Part shown: positions 1 through 12,130 of the stretch, one piece after another
Layout: the number at the start of each line of letters is the position of its first letter
How positions within the stretch are numbered: position 1 is the stretch's first letter
Origin: Nemertoderma westbladi
Taxonomy: Eukaryota; Animalia; Xenacoelomorpha
Length of the DNA stretch: 45,633 nt
NCBI GenBank assembly: GCA_032718475.1
Contig: JAUCBJ010001994.1
Span: 1 to 45,633 of the forward strand
Direction: 5' to 3'
The notes under the pieces: generated by a model
Told to the model about the DNA's origin: nothing
Databases searched by the model: none
What the model saw: the letters and a program-made list of their open reading frames with translations, nothing else
Position numbers and translations under genes: made by a program

Positions 1-854
1 ATATCCTATATAAGCTGGTTAAGCAATATAAACACAATACATTTACTGTTTGGTATGGTAGATTGCGCAACCACGTGCATCCTTTTGTTTGGCTACTGGG
101 CTTTAATGTTTGTTAACCTGACCTTTGTAGGTAACAAACTTAGGTGATAATTAACACCTGCAACAACGGCATTAATTATAATTAATGCCGTTTTATGGCT
201 ATCGAACATTAAGGCGATATATTGGTTTTGGGAACTCAGAAGTGCACACGCACAGGGATAAAACCCATAACAAAGACAATTATTACAATATATTATAAAA
301 GTTTCTGTAATTTTGTATTTTCAATCAGGTGATGAGTATTAAGTGTCGAAAGACTTTATGGAAATAATAATTCCCGACATATGAGAATTTTGAAGTCAAG
401 TCTCCTAATAATGGTTAAACTTAATTCACTGATTTCAAAAATGTATAACCCAATACTGGAATAAATATTTGAAGATATTTAAAACGCCCGAAGCTCGAAT
501 TACCTTGCCAATTAGATTAAACGCGATGCCTTGCATTATTTTCTCCCTGTATTGCATGGTGACTAGGCTAATCCTAATTTCAGGATCACCCAGATCTGGG
601 GATATCTTTATAATTTAAAAAAGACTTATGTTTTAACCATATTATCGAATTTCTCAATTATTCTATGGTCGAGATTAGCCGTTGAAAATGTAACTCCAAC
701 CATGGTTGTTACGATGGAATGTGTGTGTACAATAATAACCATGTATTGCGCCTCCATAATACTGATTGTGGTAAGATGCTTATGGCCGGTTGTTAACAAT
801 AACCGGGTTGGTATTAACAACGGCGGTGTTGGAATGCAGCCTGTATTGGAATAA
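1..854 (+). pseudogene. Possible decayed multi-pass membrane protein (GPCR/chemoreceptor-like) fragment
   Basis: Manual translation gives successive hydrophobic segments (HLLFGMVDCATTCILLFGYWALMFVNL; ALIIINAVLWL; AMPCIIFSLYCMVTRLILI; YVLTILSNFSIILW; MVVTMECVCTIITMYCASIILIVV) broken by stops and a frameshift near 600, ending at TAA 852-854. No diagnostic motif, and AT-rich DNA often reads as hydrophobic. Confidence 0.25.
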
Positions 855-1550
855 AGTTAGCATTCAACATTTTTTAAAATTCGTTTTTTGTATGGGTTTT
901 GGTATTTGTAAAAGTTGTAGATGTAATTTGTCTGTAAATTTAGAAATTGATTCCATAATGTATTAGTAATCTGTGTAAAGGTTTTAGTGTCACTGTATGT
1001 GTACTTTTGTCAGTGATGTCTTCAATACTTCTGAATATAAGAATAATAATAACAATAGTAAGTAGTACACTATATAAGTATGTTTTACTAATAAATTATA
1101 TAGTCTATACCATAATTTAATTGCAACGTTTTCATAACACTGAAAGCTATTATTATAGTCTAGGACAGACTTGTTAAAAATTAATTAATTATACAACACC
1201 ACGAAATATATTGTAACAATCTGAACAATCGAATCACTAGAATGAAAGTCATTTACGTATAAATAGTAAATTAGTAATGGTTTATTGCTAATATTGTTTT
1301 AGCACAATGGTGCGGGTTACCAATCATACTTTTTTCATGATGTAGATGCCCAGACGTTATTCATTTTATGACAATGCTCTAGACTTTCAAAGGCATCAGC
1401 GTTGGCTAGACATTTGAATATATTACAGTCTTTCGGATTCAATGTGCGGTGGTTAAGAAATGAGAAAATTAACACTGTTATGTTGTAAACAGCAGGGGTA
1501 GATGTAGATGAAAAAATTTAATTAATTGTTATATTTATTTGTAATTGCAG

Positions 1551-2221
1551 ATGAATGATAGTGCAGTTATATTGCCGAAGGGTGATTGGTCATTCGGGGA
1601 CAGCTACATACAGGTGGTTACATTCGTGATATTTTGGTGGGGACTAATAGCAAACAGCGTAACTTTCCTTGTCTTCATATTAACGCCAAATTTGCGTACG
1701 AACCGAAGCTGTGTGTACTTCGCCACCATCGCCTGCAGTGACTTCCTCAGCGTATTGTCGTCAGTAACACTGTGGCGTCAATGGCACGGATTCCCAGAGT
1801 ATCGAATTAATCTCGGCACAGTCTGCCCCTACATCCACTTCCCAAACTTCGCGTGTTACTGGGTGTCTCATTGGGTGTTGGTTGCCATGGCAGTTGAAAG
1901 GCAACAAAGTATCTACAACCCGATAGCGGCCAGGTCTTTATTTTCAGCCAAACGTTCTGCTATCATCTGCTTTATTATCATAATTATAATGCTAGGTTTA
2001 TCTGTCACGCATTACTTTACGTTCATTCCCCAACCCATCAACTATGTCCTTACTGGATATTCTGAAATGTTCACTGGATATTCCTGTGGTTACGATTTGG
2101 AAATCAACACCGTTACATCGATTTACAACTCGCTCGGACCCGCTATTTACTCTGTAATGGGGCCCTTGATACCAATGACGCCACTAAACGTGATGATAAT
2201 CTATAAAATGTCAACTTCTCC
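1551..2221 (+). CDS. Class A GPCR (peptide/FMRFamide-receptor-like orphan), coding exon 1 (TM1-TM5)
   Basis: Acceptor-like ttgcag immediately before ATG 1551; N-glycosylation sequon NDS; TM1 GLIAN, TM2 IACSD, TM3 Cys and MAVERQ (DRY equivalent), ECL2 Cys, TM5 ..PLIPM..LNVMIIYK; donor CC|gtaag at 2221/2222 (phase 2). Confidence 0.9.
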
Positions 2222-2619
2222 GTAAGTTTGAAATTGTTTGTTTATCTTCTTAATTAATTTACATAAATTACAATAATGAGTAGTATTAATCATAATTAAA
2301 ATAACAGTTTTGATATTTTATATTTCCAAAATCATCTATTAATTTAAAGAAAATAAATGAAAAAAATTGCTATTTGTAAAATCGCTTTTCCAACTCAAGG
2401 TGAAGTTTAGTGATTTAGTTTTGGAATTTTTGTCCCAGTAGGATTTACCTCTATCCTGCAAAAAACAGACAGCAGACAGCAGATGGCAAACCTGCATTGC
2501 ATAGCTTTCCACCACAATCGAAATAATAACGGTATTCGCAGTAACACAAAAACAAATATGTTCATGTGATTGAAATGAAATTGTCATAAAAATGCGCCAT
2601 TGAATGGGAGAATCTCTTA

Positions 2620-2790
2620 GGCTCGTTAAGCCAAGGAATGCCAGTTGTTTACCACCATGGGTGATCTTCACAGTAAACCCTTCCACTCTGATTCCCAAGT
2701 TGCCTTGGTTCGTTCCCATTTATCGACCACTGAAGGATGAAAGCCAGGGTTGGACTAAGCTGCAGCATTTAAAGCACTGTGCCCAAACAC
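2620..2790 (-). mobile_element. SINE-like fragment
   Basis: Minus strand gtccaaccctggctttcatccttcagtggtcgataaatggg resembles a central motif common in invertebrate tRNA-derived SINEs; boundaries approximate. Confidence 0.3.
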
Positions 2791-3863
2791 AGCAACGTTT
2801 ATTTTTTCAAATAAAACAATAAATTCCGATATAAAAAGGTAACAGAAAACATTATTTTACACTTAACTTCTTTCGCGAATTTCAGCATTCTAGCACTAGT
2901 TTCGCTGGTGTTGAAAACTTACCAACTCATGTAAACACATAATTTAGAGATTTTGCAATTATTTGTTACATAACTTTAATAATAATTCGTAAAAATAATA
3001 TAAAATAATATGTTATATTGACAATTATAACTTGTAAATTACTTCAATAATACTACAGTATAATGATATTTATAATTTCGCCTCTGCCTGTTATACCTTT
3101 AAATGTAATGTAACATTAGAACCGGTAACTCGTTTAAATTTTCGGATATAATGTTGCTTTGATAAAAAAAACGTACAAATACCTGCCACCTCAGGCAAAA
3201 CTCAAACCTCTTGGACAGAATAATTGAATGCCCATAATGTTTCATTGAATTGGTCAAGGCGGGTTTAGGATCAACTAGAGTCTTGGACCCTAGCAGACCA
3301 ACTCCCACAATTAATTGAGGGGTCTCCTACAAAAATCAATAAAAATTTAATATAAATTCATAATAAAATTATTATTGAATTATTATTATATATAGTAAAA
3401 ATATTTTAATTGTTATGCGAGGGGTCGCAGATCTTATATAAAATTCTCTGAAATATCGCGTCAATCCCTTATTTAAAATTAAAATTACCATTAAAATTTA
3501 CAGGGACGGGCGAGATGGTCCCCCAAAGCCGAGCTCTTAACTTAAAATAGTCTTAAAGCTATTTACATTTCATATTTCCAATACTGAAAAAATGTTACAA
3601 TGAATGATGACCACCTAAATCATGCCGATGGTATATGATGTTTAGAGTTACTTTGCCCATTTTTAATTCAGGTTTAATACGGTTGTATTCTTTTACATAA
3701 ATACAATACTTAAACCTTGGTTAAAGTTCAATAATTGCGCCGCCATGTTATGGTATATATATTTGAATTCAATTTTATACAAAATCGGAATGTATCAAAG
3801 TGTATAATGCTGTATATATCGATACATATTAAAATCAATAATCAATATTTACATGTTTTCCAG

Positions 3864-4021
3864 GGTTTCCAGTAAAGCTGCGCAAAGTCAGAAACGGGCA
3901 TTGACTGTAATGTTCTTGTTTACATGTCTTGTGTTTTTCATCTTGTCCTCTCCAGTTGCAGTATTTCTAGTTTATATTCGTACTCTGGATAAAAAGAAAC
4001 TTGCCGAGGTTAATACATCCG
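3864..4021 (+). CDS. Class A GPCR coding exon 2 (ICL3-TM6)
   Basis: ttttccag acceptor ending at 3863; phase-2 join gives P-VSSKAAQSQKRALTVMFLFTCLVFFILSSPVAVFLVY (TM6 with FxxxxxP); donor G|gttagt (phase 1). Confidence 0.88.
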
Positions 4022-4331
4022 GTTAGTATATTATTATTAATGTTGACGACAAACGCTACAAGGTGAGTGCTTAATATGAGAAAATGGATTTATAAAATTA
4101 AAAATTAGGAATGGGGCATGTAGTGATACGAACTCGCCACACTGCATGGCTCGCCCCATACCAGCAGATACTCAGGGACTGCGGTACTGTAGGGGGACTC
4201 ACCATAGCATATATACACAGGCCGTGACAAGGCCTAAACGCTGAAATTATTGCAGGCTGACTTTGTGCTTGTACGTAAACTCCAGGCATTTCAGTGTCCT
4301 AGACTATTAGCCACCTCGCAAAAGTTTACGA

Positions 4332-4562
4332 TATGGGGTTCTCCTGGTCGCTGATTTAATTTCTTATGTTAGTTTTCATGTTTGACGGAATCTAGTCAGT
4401 CTGTCTGTCGGTCTGTTCGTCAAAAATAATAAAGCGCACCACCTAGCTAAAATTTTCGCTATGGGGGTTTTCCTGGTCGCTGATTTAATTTCTTATATTA
4501 ATTTTCATGTTTGACGGAATCTAGTCTGTCTGGCTGTGTTTCAGTTTGTCGGTCTGTCCGAC
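4332..4562. repeat. Two ~90-bp direct repeats (period ~128) with CTGT microsatellite; HINE/DINE-1-like fragment
   Basis: tatggggttYtcctggtcgctgatttaatttcttat...tttgacggaatctagtc(tgtc)n occurs at ~4332 and ~4460. Family assignment is inference. Confidence 0.55.
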
Positions 4563-5031
4563 AAACATCCATAACGCAAATGAAACCCACATTAAAATCT
4601 GTTATAGATGAAATAAAAAACAGAAATCTGAAATTTAACTGCATATTTATATCGTATTAACAATAATCCCACCATCTATTTTCGGAAGCCACATTAGTAG
4701 ACACCCAAAAAGACAAACATTACAAAATAGTAATAATGGAGTTTGTTTGGAGTAATACACGTTCGTGGGGCCTTCGCGCAGCACGAAGTGAGCAAAGCCT
4801 TTAGCATATGGGCACCATTAACGAGTTGTCTGCCGTTAGTCAGAAGTCTCCAACACAATACTCGTCCTCCACTTGTGCCTCGTTGCGTTCGTTCATTTTT
4901 GACCAAACTTCAGATTCTTTCTAAACTTTTGATGGACTCCATACATACCAGGTTTTGTTTAATTTTATCGAGGATTAACCGAGTTATTAGCGATCAAATA
5001 TTTACGACGACAGACGATGACGACAGATGAC

Positions 5032-6556
5032 TACTACTACTACTAGGATCGGCATGCTGCATTGCAGCTGCATTTTTAAGAATGCTGTGCCGGCTTGTCA
5101 ACAAAATTGCACCGCCACAACTCCCTATCACCCATGACATTTGCTAGATTATCCGCATCTTTAAGGCCAGTGTCCTTTAAGATGCGTCTCAAGAAAGTCA
5201 TGGGCTGTCCACCATGCTTATTCACTCCATGAGGCTGCCAAAGTACAAGATTATGCACTGGCTGGTCCTCACGGCGAAAGCAATGTCCTGCAAAGCGGAG
5301 GCGATTTTGTTCTAGTGTCAAGCTTGGGGGAACCAATGAGACACCTCCAATGTTATATAGTGTCTGGTTGGAGATGTGTGCATTGTACTTGACACAATGA
5401 ACCCGGCGTAGCATTCTTGTGAATGTGCCATCCAGAGATTTGGTGTCCTCAGCAGTTAGAGCCCAGCATGGACTCCCGCAGAGGAGTACTGGAACTACTG
5501 CTGCTCTAAATAATCGGACCTTAAGTTTCCGATTAATTCTTGGTGACTTCCAAATCCTGGAAAGCCTATTCAAGGCTGCCCATGCCTTTCCCTTACGTAT
5601 TCGAAGATCCTCACCTGACTTCCGGATCCATGATCCCAGGTAACAGAAGTCGTCCACATGCTCAAGCATACCATCCTTTGAGCTTATGCTCATCCGATCA
5701 GAGACTTGCTGAGGACTTTCAAAGTTAACTGTCAGAATTTTGGTCTTTCTGGAGTTAATAAAAAGACCAACACTAGAAGCAGCATGTTCTAATGAGCTGA
5801 GGAGCCGTTGGGCACCCTCTAATGATTCTGAGAGTACTCCTAAGTCATCAGCAAAGTCTAGATCAGTTAGGTACTTGGCAGGATTTCCTCGACTTCTGGA
5901 GCCAGTAGGTGGAGTTATCATCACCCCATCATCATTATAATGATCTAAGGACATGCGTAGAACATAGTCAACCACAATAATGAACAAGAATGGTGCAAGT
6001 GTGTCTCCTTGGAGGACGCCCCATAACACTTCAAATGGTTCTGTGTCACCGTCAACAGTAGACACAAATGTTGTCGAACCATCATATACTGATCTGATTG
6101 CTGCAATAATTTCATCAGGAATCCCATATAATGAAAGTATGCTGAACATACGTGAGCGAGAGACTGAATCAAAGGCCTTGAAGAAGTCAACAAAGATAAC
6201 AGCCAGATGCCTGTCTTTCTTTTTTGATAGCTCTTCAATTATCCTTCTAAGTGCCAAAATGGGCTCCATGGTCCCACGACCTTTACGGAACCCATTCTGA
6301 TTTCCACGGAGCAGTCTCTCAATGGGATCCCTGATGCGATTTAATAGAATCCTATTGTATAGCTTTGCAGCAATCGAGATCAATGAGATTCCCCGAAAAG
6401 AACCATAGAGTGTTAGGTTGCCCTTCTTGGGAACTGGCACCAATTTATTTGTTTTCATTTCTTGTGGGATTCTTGTTGTTCGGTACATGTCTACTATGAT
6501 GGGATAGATGAGCTTTAAACACCAGGTATTTTAAAGACCTCAGGTGGAACACCATG
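5032..6556 (-). mobile_element. 5'-truncated RTE-clade LINE with (AGT)n tail and 26-bp TSD
   Basis: Identical 26-bp direct repeats gacgacagacgatgacgacagatgac at 5006-5031 and 6557-6582; (tac)n at 5032-5044 is a tandem-repeat 3' tail on the minus strand; RT ORF inside. Confidence 0.9.
5076..6488 (-). CDS. LINE (RTE-like) reverse transcriptase, N-terminally truncated (no endonuclease)
   Basis: 470-aa ORF with PKKGNL..FRGISL, NQNGFR, FVDFFKAFDSV, GVLQGDTLAPFLF, LDFADD, FCYLGS; frameshift just upstream of 6488. Confidence 0.92.
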   Translation of the reverse strand: MYRTTRIPQEMKTNKLVPVPKKGNLTLYGSFRGISLISIAAKLYNRILLNRIRDPIERLLRGNQNGFRKGRGTMEPILALRRIIEELSKKKDRHLAVIFVDFFKAFDSVSRSRMFSILSLYGIPDEIIAAIRSVYDGSTTFVSTVDGDTEPFEVLWGVLQGDTLAPFLFIIVVDYVLRMSLDHYNDDGVMITPPTGSRSRGNPAKYLTDLDFADDLGVLSESLEGAQRLLSSLEHAASSVGLFINSRKTKILTVNFESPQQVSDRMSISSKDGMLEHVDDFCYLGSWIRKSGEDLRIRKGKAWAALNRLSRIWKSPRINRKLKVRLFRAAVVPVLLCGSPCWALTAEDTKSLDGTFTRMLRRVHCVKYNAHISNQTLYNIGGVSLVPPSLTLEQNRLRFAGHCFRREDQPVHNLVLWQPHGVNKHGGQPMTFLRRILKDTGLKDADNLANVMGDRELWRCNFVDKPAQHS

Positions 6557-6811
6557 GACGACAGACGATGACGACAGATGACAACGACAGACAACTCGCC
6601 AATGGCACCCATATGCTAAGGTTTCGCTCACTTCGTGGCTCGCCCCACAATTCAGATGGATTAGTCAGGTGATCACCGCAGACTTCATTTTGCCAACTTG
6701 GAAGCGATTTTAAGTACTAGCGACTCTTTCCCCTCAATCTCAGTGCTTCGTTTTTTCGACCAGTTATTCAGTTATTATTTGCTGTTAATTGAAATTAAAC
6801 TTAAATTGAAA

Positions 6812-8530
6812 TTAAATTAAACAGTTGTTAATGTTAGTAATAGCGGCACAGCGGTGGTTGTTTAAACGGTGGTCGAGATCTTTGTGTTTATTGTTCACCA
6901 CCAACCACCATTTCACAATAAAGTCAATAAACAAGGTGGTAATCTCGCCAACCTCTCTAAATTGGACCCATATAGCGGCTGTGGTCTCATCGCAGAACAC
7001 TTTAAGCATCAACCCAACATCCTGTTGCTCTATTGGCTTAGTGAACACTGCTTTGCGTGACAGGGGCGACAGTTTAATTATCCCTGTGTCGACTTTCTGT
7101 AGCTCTTCTAATAAAGACCAATCAGCAATACGAATAAAGTTTCATTCGGGAGTATAAAATGAAGCTTGCCAGTCTTCTCCGTATTGTGAATACATTTGAG
7201 AATGTGATCGTATCATTGAGTAAATATACAGGTTGATCATTCTTGAAACACTTGAAAAAATCAGTAGTGTCATTCGCTAGATGTGTAAATACAGCATGGT
7301 TAACTTTATTGTTATCTAAAATAACACTTAATCACGTATGAGATCACACACATCATTAATCTTCTCCAATAGAAAAGAATGTCCGAGTTTAGCGACTGGG
7401 TGTATCTTAAAGACGAACTTTGGACCAGTATACCAATAAACATTGGAGCATAATGGCGATTATTGTCCTGGCCTTCTCGGTATCTTTGTTCTCTGCAAAA
7501 CCCAAAACAGAGCCCCAAACATTGAAACCCAGGTTTAACATAAACTTCATCAGCCATTACCGCACACATTTTCTGGTTCTGAGAAAGTCTGAGAAACTGG
7601 TTTCACTTGAACTGATGTAATCCACCTTTCCTACCATACATGTATAACGCTGCAAGCAATGAATGCTTGGTAGCGGTAAATATGATAGTAGGTCTATATA
7701 AGTTGACCGTGACTTTTTGAGTAGATGGATAATGCAAAAGTTATGTCCTCGATCTTATAAGTCTCCCAAACAGTTTTATTGAGAACTGCCATTTGCTGAG
7801 CCAAGAATTTGCATTTATCTAACAGGGATGGTTTGATGGCTGCATTGGCTGAATCGAAAGTATTGGTGTAATGTACAGCTGCCTCTAACTGGGACCACCC
7901 AATAAGAATTACATTGTTAACGAATGGGATGCTGATTTCCAGGCATTTAAGGAACAACTTAATCGTCGGCTGTTGAAACCCACTGTCAACATCGCGTTCT
8001 CCATGAGTAATAAACATACTAATATCGTATAGTGGACCTTCCCGTGCAATGGAAAGAAGTTGAACCTCCTCCGCAGTATGATGGATTGTAAAACCACCAA
8101 TATACGACAGACGATCTTTATTATCTACAAAGTTTATCTTCTTGCAAAGAATGAACTATCGAGTTCGTCTGGATTGGTGCTCCTGATTGGTGCTGTGTGA
8201 ACTTTCGACGTGGACCGTTTAGTTGGAGCCGGTGAGGGGATATATGAAGTCGGAACTCCAGGGAAAATCAATGGCGGGTCGATGGGAATGGTAGAACCTC
8301 CCTGTACTAGTTTACAGGTAAACCCGAGTGGCTAGTGTTTCTCACATACACGCGTCGATTGCGAGTACTGAAAGTCCGCATTTGGTAAAGCGTGAATCCA
8401 AGAAGATCTGGCAGTTTCATTAGCAGGAAACCTATACATCCGAACTGCCATTAGTGTGTTGTAGCTTGAACTCGTGGTAGGATTATAATTTGAATTGCAG
8501 CCATAAACGCAACATTTATAGGGCTTTATT
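6812..8530 (-). pseudogene. THAP-domain P-element transposase pseudogene
   Basis: Minus-strand translation near 8330-8525: KCCVYGCNSN...YRFP...W...RVCEKH*...PPLIFP (THAP zinc finger, TGG>TAG stop). Later fragments VMADEVYVKPG (first catalytic Asp region) and KPIEQQDVGLMLKVF. Many stops and frameshifts. Confidence 0.8.
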
Positions 8531-9606
8531 ATGGATTATTATTATAGAACTTACAATATGCTAATAAATATGGTAAGAAATTAGTACAGTGCTGCAATGT
8601 TAGCTTATAGGCCTAACAATATTGTAGGCAGGCATGTCTGCCTGTAGACTATTACAGTATTGTCTGTTTTCAGAAAAGTCAGCCTGCAATAATTTCACCA
8701 TTTCGGCCTTGTCACAGCCTGTGTATAGAAGGCTTTGTGACTCACCATGAGCCATAGACTACGGACACATACAGACTCGGCATACTACCTACTGAGTAGA
8801 CAGCAGTAGTTAGATAGTCCTGTGGTCAGGATATCACTACCAGTCACAGGGCGCACTGCCAGACAGACAGCCCACTATATCAGTTTCTACACTGTATATT
8901 GTTTGTACTTGGTCTGATTATATATTTGGTATTATATGCCTGACATTATTCCGGCTCTATACTACATTCATGACCTCCATGGATCCAGGAATCCAGGAGT
9001 CATCCGGCAACCCTGGCTCGAACTCTTTCATCCGCCAACGCCTCCGGACCTTGATACAGTTCGGAATCTCCCTGAGCGTATCAATTTCAAGCTGCCTCTC
9101 CCTAGAATCTCTAGCTAAGGTCTACTGTCAACCTGGACCTTAAATTTTAACTTATTTTAATTATTATATTAATTTAATAATACAAGAAAATAATTAAAGT
9201 GTTTTGGAATGGTTCTCTGAGATCTAACCTGACTTGAAGAACCAGTTTTACATGGTTATATTTCAACCTACCAGCATGAAACAAGAATATTATAATATTG
9301 TAATATCCAAGCGATACAAACTTTCTCTATATAGAATAGTTAGTTTCTCTGTTAGAAAAGTTAATTTGTTTCACGTCCTCAAAATAAATTCAGGGGAAAC
9401 AAACAATATTTAGTTTTTTTAGTTTGATGTTTTCCATGTAAAAATAACGTTGGAATTTACCTAAATTTACAACAAATAGTAGGATAACTCTACAAGGCCT
9501 ACCAATAGGATCTCTCACAATATAAATTAAATTGTTATAACTGAATTATATTCCATACTACATGTATATTACAGCAGTAATCGGTGATTACTATGGGCTT
9601 TCATTT

Positions 9607-9827
9607 GGTTGGGTGCAATCTTCGCCCGCGTCCAACCTTCTCCCGTGGGAAATCTTTGTCTGCGTTAAACCTTTGCCCGATTGGGGGAAAGGAGCAGGTT
9701 ACAGAGACAAATTTTTCTCACCAAAATAATAAACGAGGTTGTTAACACTCATTTTGAGGGTGAAGATTGCTCCAGGAGAAGATTGCTTGCGGGCGAAGCT
9801 TACTCGCGGGCGAAGTTTGCTGCATCC
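9607..9827. mobile_element. MULE-like MITE
   Basis: Long imperfect TIRs (ggttgggtgcaatcttcgcccgcg ... cgcgggcgaagtttgctgcatcc) built from cttcgccc-like motifs; 9-bp TSD ctttcattt (9598-9606) / ccttcattt (9828-9836). Confidence 0.65.
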
Positions 9828-9972
9828 CCTTCATTTATGGATAACATAGGAAGTGATTAGGGAATTACTCCTTGAATGTACCCCTATGGGTTATTCGATT
9901 TGCTTCAATCAATACTGTTTCTATCAACAATATTATAGCTACACTGTGTAATAATCTCTTATATTTATATAG

Positions 9973-10127
9973 GTATGCCACTAAATACGGTGTTCATTGT
10001 TACTAGTTACATGACCATAGTTAATCAGACGACTTCGATCCTGGTTTATACTGCCTCCAATGCTAATTTCCGTAAAGGACTTATTAATTTACTCACGTTC
10101 CGATGCAATCCACCAGAGAAGAAGTAG
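9973..10127 (+). CDS. Class A GPCR coding exon 3 (TM7, helix 8, stop)
   Basis: Acceptor tttatatag ending at 9972; phase-1 join gives GMPLNTVFIVTSYMTIVNQTTSILVYTASNANFRKGLINLLTFRC...KK*. The three exons total 984 nt, in frame, encoding 327 aa. Confidence 0.88.
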
Positions 10128-10779
10128 AGCAGTGATGAATTATGTTGAACATTAATATAGTGAGAGTTGTTGTTGTTGTTAATAATATAATCTAGTTTAA
10201 TTTGCACAAACTAATAATTATAGTTAAATTTGCACAATAATAATATAGACATGCAAAATTTACATGTATATCTTAGTATTTTATTTAACCTATTATAATA
10301 AAACAATAAATAATAATAGTAGCTTCTTTCTGGCAAAGTTCTTAAAACTTAAAAAGTAATGTTTGTACAATAATTAGTGAATAGGTAATATTACTATAAT
10401 TAATATTAGATTTATTTATTATTGATTCGAATTAAAAAATTTAATACATTGTTTTTTGTTTTATTGTATGCAAGATAATGGAATTCAATTTTTCGTTAAT
10501 CTCATTACAAAATTTCTTATTAATTTTAATAGTGGTGACCACAATAGTGGTTGATCTAGTGATGACTATCTGAACTTATAAACTGTAAGCCACGGCTTTA
10601 ACCCCTTTACACAGCAGCAGCATGTGCTCATGTGCTTTAAATGATACAGCCTCTTACCATATCCTGGACATTCCCCAGTGGGATAGACTATTCCAGGTTC
10701 ACTGCCTGGCAACACTTCTACAGGATAGGGGAAAGGATTCTTCCACTTTATGTTGATAATCTGACTGTCCCAAAGTTTC

Positions 10780-12130
10780 TATGGAGCGTAGGCCCCAGAT
10801 GGTGACAGTCAGACTGGAGCAAACCAGGTTTCTCACTATGGCACTGCGGCAAGATGAATTAACAGCACTTGCTGATAGGATGCATATTGCTGCAGTCAGC
10901 ATCATACAAGAACATATATGATGCAGTATGAGCATTAGGTAAGCGACAAGTCTGTGGGAGGGGAATGTACGTTTTCCTACTGTTAAGCAGATGAAACAGG
11001 AGCTGGTGGTTTACATGTTCTAAATCCTAGTACCTATGAAGCAGGTGGGGTCTGCTGTGAAGCACCTAATGTGGACGATATTAGGGTTCTAGGTTCTTCT
11101 GCATTTTCGTTCTCCAATGGGCATAAAAAGTTATCAGTAAATAATTGAGTTACAGTGAAATGACACACAGTTTGCTGCACGTGATGCAGCCATAATGTCT
11201 CTTCCATTACTTCCAAAGAAATAAATGAAAAGATCCCATTGTCTGACCAATGGACCAATGCCTTCAAAACTGGAACGTGCTAGTGGAAGCCCAGTTGAGA
11301 AATCAGCTACATTCAAAGCTGCATCAGCACCAGAAAAACGGCAGCTGAGATAGTCAGCAGATTGCTGACACCATAAAAAGTAGATTATCTGCTGCAGCAT
11401 GGCAGGTAATTAATCTTCTTACTGGAAGAAAGATCCCACTAATTACCAAGTTGTAACATAATTTAACATCAGAATATCCAGTCAATCACCTGGGTGGTTG
11501 GAAGGCTTACTTTGAGATAAATAACCTCGCATATATAAAAATAAATAAATAATAAATAAATCTTCTCAATAAATAATCAAGAACTGGCTGATTATTTCAC
11601 TTCAGGTTTCCTCTTCCCCCACAGTATCCATAGATACGATGTTGCCCTTTTCTATAGCTATAGCATATCGTGGCAATATGCTATTGCCGCTTCTATTAAG
11701 ACAAATTAAGATATTAATTAATTAAGATATTCAAGATCCATAAATGCATTGTACTAAATCATCCCATTCTCTACTATTGAAATACAAGAAATGAAGGCTA
11801 AAAACTGGTAGTTGTCCCAAAGAAGGGAAACCTAAGTTCTATAATCATAATATAGAGAAATCAGTTGTGCACACTGATTTAATTTTCAGCTAAGTTGATA
11901 ATGTTGATGAGAGTGTGTTTAAAGGCTATTTTATATAAACCAATTCGGTTCAGAAAAGGTAGTTCCATGTGGTGATCAAATTCTTCTATTTTTAGTGGAT
12001 CATTGAGGAATAGCCTTTGTCTGCAAAGACATGCATCGTTCTAGCAATAAACTTTGAGGATATCTAGAAGAAGGCTCTATCTCACATAATGCATGTTTAA
12101 CATCCCTGAGGCCTATGCGATCCCTTATGA
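10780..12130 (+). pseudogene. Heavily decayed RTE-like LINE fragments (endonuclease and RT)
   Basis: ELTALADRMHIAAVSIIQEH (APE N-terminal-like) near 10855-10915; LVVVPKKGNL near 11805; frameshifted NQ.GFRKG..DQIL..IIEE near 11940-12010. Boundaries approximate. Confidence 0.55.

Larger units (their letters stand above)
4765..6648. mobile_element. MITE-like foldback element (~330 bp without the LINE) interrupted by the RTE LINE
   Basis: Inverted ends gtggggc...cacgaagtgagcaaagcctttagcatatgggcaccattaacgagttgtctg (4765-4832) vs reverse complement of 6588-6648; internal GAC/GACA microsatellite. Confidence 0.65.
4203..8737 (-). mobile_element. Decayed P-element-superfamily DNA transposon
   Basis: ~60-bp imperfect TIRs (4203 catagcatatatacacaggccgtgacaaggcc...tgcaggctgacttt vs reverse complement of 8675-8737); 8-bp TSD ggactcac (4195-4202) / tgactcac (8738-8745); THAP transposase remnants inside. 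Confidence 0.85.
4119..8966. mobile_element. Possible solo LTR (~305 bp) split by the P-element insertion (pieces 4119-4202 and 8746-8966)
   Basis: Starts TGTAGT (4119) and ends ACTACA (8966), giving inverted TG...CA ends; GC-richer than the flanking intron; no convincing TSD. Confidence 0.3.

Noticed and set aside
1545-2225. ORF-track 226-aa protein as a truncated 5-TM receptor
   Set aside because: The TTG start is part of a splice acceptor and the TAA lies in the donor gtaag; downstream exons supply TM6 and TM7.
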